Below are positions 58,979 through 64,000 of a DNA stretch of 64,000 nucleotides, piece after piece. A program made the translations under genes and the position numbers. This stretch comes from an uncultured bacterium (GTDB lineage: Bacteria > Krumholzibacteriota > Krumholzibacteriia > LZORAL124-64-63), in the NCBI GenBank assembly GCA_963732385.1, contig CAVSZB010000007.1, positions 352,001 through 416,000 of the forward strand. The letters are read 5' to 3'. The notes under the pieces are model-generated. The model saw only the letters and a list, made by a program, of their open reading frames with translations. It made no database searches and was not told where the DNA came from. Within the stretch, counting starts at the first letter, position 1, and each line of letters begins with the position of its first letter.

Positions 58979-60334
58979 TCAGAGGATGTACCGGCTCAGA
59001 TCCTCGTCGCGCATGATATCGCCGAGCCGCGCTTCCACCAGCGCGCGGTCGACGGTGACCATTCCGGTGACCCCCTCGGGGGCGGTGAACAGCAGGTCGT
59101 CCAGCAGCTGGGCCATGACCGTCTGGAGGCGCCGGGCGCCGATGTTCTCGAGGCGGCGGTTCAGTTCCGCGGCGATGTTCGCGAGTTCGGTCACCGCCTC
59201 CGGCGTGAACGTGAGCTGCACGCCGTCGACCGCCAGCAGGGCGGTGTACTGTTTAAGCAGCGAGCCGTCGGTTTCGCCCAGGATCCGCACGAAGTCCGCC
59301 GCGCCAAGGCTCTCCAGTTCGACGCGCACCGGGAAGCGTCCCTGCAGTTCGGGAATCAGATCGCTCGGCTTGCTCATGTGGAAGGCGCCGGCGGCGATGA
59401 ACAGCACGTGGTCCGTGCGCACCGGCCCGTAGCGCGTGTTGACGACGCAGCCTTCCACCACCGGCAGCAGGTCGCGCTGCACCCCTTCGCGGCTGACATC
59501 CGGGCCGCCGCCGCCGCGATCGCCGCGCGTGGCGATCTTGTCGATCTCATCGAGGAATATCATGCCGCCCTGTTCGGCCAGGTCGATCGCCTCGGTCACG
59601 AGACGATCCTCGTCGATCCGCCGGGCCACCTCCTGCTGGCGCAGCAGGCGGCGCGCCTGCGTGACCGGCACGACGCGCTCGCGGTGGCGGCGCGGCATCA
59701 TGCCGCGCAGGGCGTCGCCGAGAGCCGATTCGACCTCCTCGCCAGCGGCCGCGAAAATGTTGCCCAGCGCCACCTTCTCCTCTTCGGTCGTGATCGTGAC
59801 GTCGCGGTCCTCGAACTGTCCGTCACGCAACTGCTCGCGGATCTTGTCGCGGCTGCGTTCCCAGCGCTGCTGACGCTCCGGATCGCCGGCGCCGAGCGGC
59901 GGGAACAGCAGGTCGATCAGGCGTTCCTCGACCGCGCGGTCGATCTCATCGCCCAGAGCCTGCTCGCGGCGGCGGCGCAGCAGCGCCAGCGCGCTCTCGA
60001 CCAGGTCGCGCACCATGGAATCGACATCCCGGCCTACGTAGCCCTTCTCGGTGAACTTGGTCGCCTCGACCTTCACGAACGGCAAGCCGGCGAGGGTGGC
60101 GAGACGACGGGCGATTTCGGTCTTGCCGACGCCGGTCGGCCCGATCATGAGGATGTTGGTCGGCACGATCTCGGCCCGCGCCTCGGGTGGCAGACGCAGG
60201 CGCCGCCAGCGGTTGCGCAGCGCGATCGCCACGGCCCGTTTGGCCTGCGCCTGGCCGATCACCCAGCGGTCGAGCTGCGCCGTGATGGCACGGCACGTCC
60301 ACCCCTCTCCGTCATGCGGCAGGAGCATCGTCAT
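58979..60334 (-). CDS. hslU: ATP-dependent protease ATPase subunit HslU
   Basis: ALRNRWRR, GPTGVGKTEIARR, FLDEIDK, GVQRDLLP, ENIGARRL, LSRYIL end. Confidence 0.97.
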   Translation of the reverse strand: MTMLLPHDGEGWTCRAITAQLDRWVIGQAQAKRAVAIALRNRWRRLRLPPEARAEIVPTNILMIGPTGVGKTEIARRLATLAGLPFVKVEATKFTEKGYVGRDVDSMVRDLVESALALLRRRREQALGDEIDRAVEERLIDLLFPPLGAGDPERQQRWERSRDKIREQLRDGQFEDRDVTITTEEEKVALGNIFAAAGEEVESALGDALRGMMPRRHRERVVPVTQARRLLRQQEVARRIDEDRLVTEAIDLAEQGGMIFLDEIDKIATRGDRGGGGPDVSREGVQRDLLPVVEGCVVNTRYGPVRTDHVLFIAAGAFHMSKPSDLIPELQGRFPVRVELESLGAADFVRILGETDGSLLKQYTALLAVDGVQLTFTPEAVTELANIAAELNRRLENIGARRLQTVMAQLLDDLLFTAPEGVTGMVTVDRALVEARLGDIMRDEDLSRYIL

Positions 60335-60881
60335 CCCCGTCCGACTCCTCGCCGCCGCGCAGCACCGTGACGCGGTCGTTGCTGTAGATACAGATCTCCC
60401 CCGCCACCAGGAGGGCCTCGCGGCAGATCGTCGCGGCCGGCAGATCCGTGTGGGCGCAGAGCGCGCGACTCGCCGCGAGGGCGTAGCCGGCCCCGCTGCC
60501 GATCGCGGCGGCGTGGCCATCGGCTTCGAGCACGTCGCCCCCGCCCGACACCGTGAGGATGACCTCCTGGTTCACGAGCAGCAGCATGGCATCGAGCCGA
60601 CGCAGCACGCGGTCCTGCCGCCATTCGCGCGCCATCTCGACGGCGGCGCGGCGCAGGTGCCCGTGGTAGCGTTCGAGGTGCCCCTCGAACTTCTCGAACA
60701 GGGTCAGCGCGTCGGCCGCGCCGCCGGCGAAACCGGCCAGCACCCCGCCGCCCGAGAGCCGCCGCACCTTGACCGCGCCGTGCTTGACGGCGATCTCGCC
60801 CAGGGTGACCTGGCCATCGCTGCCGATCGCCCAGCCGTCGCCACGGCGCACCGCCAGCACCGTCGTCGAGCGCAGTCGCAT
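60312..60881 (-). CDS. hslV: ATP-dependent protease subunit HslV
   Basis: STTVLAV, DGQVTLG, AGFAG, AIGSG, ICIY. Confidence 0.95.
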   Translation of the reverse strand: MRLRSTTVLAVRRGDGWAIGSDGQVTLGEIAVKHGAVKVRRLSGGGVLAGFAGGAADALTLFEKFEGHLERYHGHLRRAAVEMAREWRQDRVLRRLDAMLLLVNQEVILTVSGGGDVLEADGHAAAIGSGAGYALAASRALCAHTDLPAATICREALLVAGEICIYSNDRVTVLRGGEESDGDDDAPAA

Positions 60882-60912
60882 GCCGCCTGCCTCCCCCGCA
60901 CCGCCGCCGCGC

Positions 60913-61863
60913 TCAGCGGGCCCGCGGATGCGCTTTGCTGAACGCCTCGCGCAGCCGCTCGCGCGAGAGGTGGGTGTAGATCTGCGTCGTGGACAGGTGG
61001 GCGTGCCCAAGCAATTCCTGCACGAGACGAATGCCCACGCAGCCGTCGAGCAGGTGCGTGGCGAAGGAGTGCCTCAGGGTGTGCGGGGAGATCCCCGTCG
61101 TGCCCGCCAGGCGCTCCGCATAGTGAGTCACCCGCACCTGCACCGTCCGCCGTCCGATGCGCCGGCCGGGACGCCCCTCGAACACCGGTCGCTTCAGCGC
61201 CGCCGCCGGCAGTGCGCCGTCGCGCAGCGCGATCCAGGTCACCGCGTCGAGGCGGTCCTCGAGGTAGGCGTTGAGCGTCTCCGCCGGCCAGCCGGTCAGC
61301 GGCAGCAGCCGCTCCTTGCCCCCCTTGCCCAGCACGCGCACCCTTTCGCCCGGCAGGTCAAGGTCGCGCAGATCGAGTCCGACCACCTCGGCCAGCCGCA
61401 GGCCCAGACCGTAGATCAGCTCCAGCAGCGCGCGGTCGCGCCGGCCGCGCGCGGTGCCGGTATCGGGCAGTTCCATCAGCTCGGCGGCGTGCGCGGCGGT
61501 CAGGTCGCGCGGCAGCCGCCGCTCGCGCCCGCCGGTGCCTCGCGCCAGCGTGTCGGGCGCCTCCGTCACAGCCCCGGTGAGCAGCAGCCAGCGCGTGAGC
61601 GCCCGGATTCCGGCGAGGTGCCGCGCGATCGTGGCGCGGCTGCGCCCCGCCTGGCGCAGCGCCGCGAGGTGGTCGCGGACCAGGCTGCGGCGCCCGGCGA
61701 GCGCGCGCCAGTCGGGCGCCGACTCACCGTCCCACACGCCGTCGGCGCGCGCCGCCGCCAACAGCGCCGAGACATCCCGCCCGTAGGCCTCCACGGTGCG
61801 CGGACTCGCGCCGAGCTCATGGGCCAGGTGATCGAGAAACGGCTGCAGGTGCTCCGTCAGCAT
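60913..61863 (-). CDS. xerC: Tyrosine recombinase XerC-like
   Basis: GLRLAE, GKGGKER, SPHTLRHSFATHLLD, LLGH, TQIYTH; trmFO-xerC-hslVU context. Confidence 0.88.
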   Translation of the reverse strand: MLTEHLQPFLDHLAHELGASPRTVEAYGRDVSALLAAARADGVWDGESAPDWRALAGRRSLVRDHLAALRQAGRSRATIARHLAGIRALTRWLLLTGAVTEAPDTLARGTGGRERRLPRDLTAAHAAELMELPDTGTARGRRDRALLELIYGLGLRLAEVVGLDLRDLDLPGERVRVLGKGGKERLLPLTGWPAETLNAYLEDRLDAVTWIALRDGALPAAALKRPVFEGRPGRRIGRRTVQVRVTHYAERLAGTTGISPHTLRHSFATHLLDGCVGIRLVQELLGHAHLSTTQIYTHLSRERLREAFSKAHPRAR

Positions 61864-61893
61864 GGCGGCTCCGGGACGGGAGAACCGAATGTA

Positions 61894-63255
61894 TCATCCG
61901 GCGCCGGGCCCGGCAAGCAGCCGGGCGCACGCCGGTTGCGCCAGGAAAACCTCGAGCGCGGCCAGCGAGCGCGCGGCCCGGGCGAGGTTGCGCGCCTCGC
62001 GCGAGCGGGGCGGCGCCGGCAACGTCGGCAGCAGGCCGAAGTTCGCGTTCATCGGCGAGAGCCGCGGCGCGGTGGCATCGTACAGGAAGTCGAACAGCAG
62101 CGCGCCCAGGAGAGTTTCCCGCGGCCACGAGGGCAGCGTCTCGCCACGCAGGTCAGCGGCGGCCAGCCAGGCGGTGACCAGACCGGAGGCGATCGATTCG
62201 ACGTATCCCTCCACGCCGGTCACCTGGCCGGCGAAGCGGATGTCGGGCCGGGCCGGCAGCGCGAAGCCGGCGGCGAGGGCGCGCGGCGTGTCGAGATAGA
62301 AGTTGCGGTGGAGCTGGCCGTAGCGGACGAACTCCGCCGACTCGAGGCCGGGAATCAGCCGGAACACCCGCCCCTGCTCGCCCCATTTGAGACGGGTCTG
62401 GAAACCGACCAGGCCGTAGAGCGTCGCTTCGCGGTTCTCCTGCCGCAACTGCACCACGGCGAACGGACGGCGCCCGGTGAGAGGGTCGCGCAGGCCCACC
62501 GGCCGCAGCGGTCCGAAGGCGAGCGTGTCGGGACCCGACGCGGCGATTTCCTCGATCGGCTGGCAGCCCTGGAACAGTTCGCCACGGTCGAAAGCGTGCA
62601 TCTCCGCCCGCTCCGCGCCCATCAGCGCGGCGTGGAAGGCGCGATAGGCCGGTTCGTCGAAGGCAGCGTTCAGGTAGTCGGCTTCGCCCCGGTCGTAGCG
62701 GGCGGCGCGGTAGAGACGCTTCTCGTCGAGCGATTCGCGCGTCACGGTCGGGGCGATGGCGTCGAAGAAATGCAGCCCCTCATGCCCCGACAGCCGCTCC
62801 ACTTCGGCGAGCAGCGCGGGCGAGGTGAGCGGGCCGGTGGCGACGATCCAGGCGGCGGCCGCGCCGGCCGGCAGCGCGGTGACTTCTCCGCGCGCGAGCG
62901 TGATCAGCGGCTCGGCGGCCAGCAGCGCCTCAACCTCCGCCGAGAACGCTTCCCGGTCGACGGCTAGCGCGGCGCCGGCCGGCACGGCCGCCCGCCGGGC
63001 GGCGCCCAGGAGCCGGCAGCCGAGGCGGTCCAGCTCCGCCTTGAGCAGGCCCGAAGCGGTGGCCGGGGCGAGACTCTTGAGGGAATTGCTGCAGACGATC
63101 TCGGCCAGCTGGCCGGTGCGGTGCGCCGGGGTCGGGCAGTCGGGGCGCATCTCGTGCAAAACCACCGGCAGGCCCAGGCGTGCCAGCTGCAGCGCAGCCT
63201 CACAGCCGGCCAGACCGCCCCCAACGACGTGGACGGCGCTGGCGCGCGGGCTCAC
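61894..63255 (-). CDS. trmFO: Folate-dependent tRNA (uracil-54)-methyltransferase
   Basis: GGGLAGCEAA, EIVCSNS, ALAVDR, FFDAIAP, VGFQT, GVEGYVES, PMNANFG. Confidence 0.96.
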   Translation of the reverse strand: MSPRASAVHVVGGGLAGCEAALQLARLGLPVVLHEMRPDCPTPAHRTGQLAEIVCSNSLKSLAPATASGLLKAELDRLGCRLLGAARRAAVPAGAALAVDREAFSAEVEALLAAEPLITLARGEVTALPAGAAAAWIVATGPLTSPALLAEVERLSGHEGLHFFDAIAPTVTRESLDEKRLYRAARYDRGEADYLNAAFDEPAYRAFHAALMGAERAEMHAFDRGELFQGCQPIEEIAASGPDTLAFGPLRPVGLRDPLTGRRPFAVVQLRQENREATLYGLVGFQTRLKWGEQGRVFRLIPGLESAEFVRYGQLHRNFYLDTPRALAAGFALPARPDIRFAGQVTGVEGYVESIASGLVTAWLAAADLRGETLPSWPRETLLGALLFDFLYDATAPRLSPMNANFGLLPTLPAPPRSREARNLARAARSLAALEVFLAQPACARLLAGPGAG

Positions 63256-63261
63256 AGGCGG

Positions 63262-64000
63262 CTACTCCAGCGCCTCGGCCTTGCAGACCGGGCAGGCAAG
63301 GTAGCGCCCTTTCGCCTGGCTGTACTTCTGCACGAGGTACGGATTGGCGCAGGCTTCGCAGGCGCGCGCCACCGGGCGGTTCCAGGAGACGAAGTCGCAG
63401 GCCGGATACTTCGTGCAACCGTAGAACGTCTTGCCGCGCTTGCTCCGCCGCTCGGCCAGATCGCCGCCGCATTTGGGGCACGGCACGCCCAGGGGGATCG
63501 GCCGGGTGTGCTTGCAGTCGGGGTAGCCGGTGCAGGCGATGAACGCGCCGAAACGCCCGGAGCGCACCTGCAGCGGCTTGCCGCAGTCGGGACAAGGCTC
63601 CTCGATCAGGTGCACCTCGTCCGGCAGTGGCTGGGCGTGCCGGCACTCCGGGTACTTCGGGCAGGCGATGAACTTGCCGTTGCTGCCCCACTTCTCGACC
63701 AGCAGGGTGCCGCACTTGGGGCAGGGGATGTCGGTGGTCAGGACGATGCGCTCGCGCAGCTTTTCCCGCCCCCGCTCCATGTCGTCGAGTTCCGCCCGGA
63801 ACGGTTCGTAGAACTCGCGCACCACCCGCTGCCAAGGCACCTCACCCGACTCGATGCGGTCGAGTTCGTCCTCCATGGTGGCGGTGAACTCGACCGCGAA
63901 CAGGTGCGGCAGCGCTTCGCCAAGCACGCCCCACACCTCGCGCCCGAGCCGCGTCGGCGTGAACTGACGGTTCTCGCCGTCGACGTAGCCGCGATCGAGC
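63262..64000 (-). CDS. topA: DNA topoisomerase I, C-terminal part (5' end outside window)
   Basis: DRGYV...PTRLG, FTATMEDELDRIESG, repeated CPxCG...FIACxxYPxC zinc ribbons. Confidence 0.93.
   Translation of the reverse strand, partial: LDRGYVDGENRQFTPTRLGREVWGVLGEALPHLFAVEFTATMEDELDRIESGEVPWQRVVREFYEPFRAELDDMERGREKLRERIVLTTDIPCPKCGTLLVEKWGSNGKFIACPKYPECRHAQPLPDEVHLIEEPCPDCGKPLQVRSGRFGAFIACTGYPDCKHTRPIPLGVPCPKCGGDLAERRSKRGKTFYGCTKYPACDFVSWNRPVARACEACANPYLVQKYSQAKGRYLACPVCKAEALE

Noticed and set aside
51133..61863. Two tyrosine recombinases as prophage or island integrases
   Set aside because: About 300 aa, XerC/XerD signature motifs, housekeeping context

Overview
High-GC bacterial chromosome segment. 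Secreted proteins with FlgD-Ig/T9SS-like C-terminal tails, LapA/LapB and outer-membrane barrels suggest a diderm of the FCB superphylum; this is inference. The right ~35 kb (28.6-64 kb) is an almost gap-free minus-strand housekeeping block: topA-trmFO-xerC-hslVU-argF-lipoprotein-dapFAB, rpsT on the plus strand, then uvrC-xerD-trpS-scpAB-rluB-hisC-aroF-cmk/plsC fusion-rpsA-mtaB-miaB-lapAB-SPOR-mutS-GAF/degenerate GGDEF-mutL-miaA-tRNA-Gly(CCC). The left ~28 kb is accessory. It holds a heavily frameshifted cyclic beta-1,2-glucan synthase at the end of a putative XRE-led envelope operon, an S8 protease, ygfK-ssnA, a propeller hybrid kinase, two outer-membrane proteins and an LVIVD-repeat protein. 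Beside the tRNA 3' end is a small defence-like islet: an AAA+/DUF4143 gene whose promoter lies inside a 54-bp inverted repeat, ~670 bp of atypical non-coding DNA, a decayed FlgD-tail relic, and a probably leaderless HNH endonuclease. No CRISPR array, rRNA, transposase or phage integrase was recognised. All calls come from reading motifs by eye; no searches were run.
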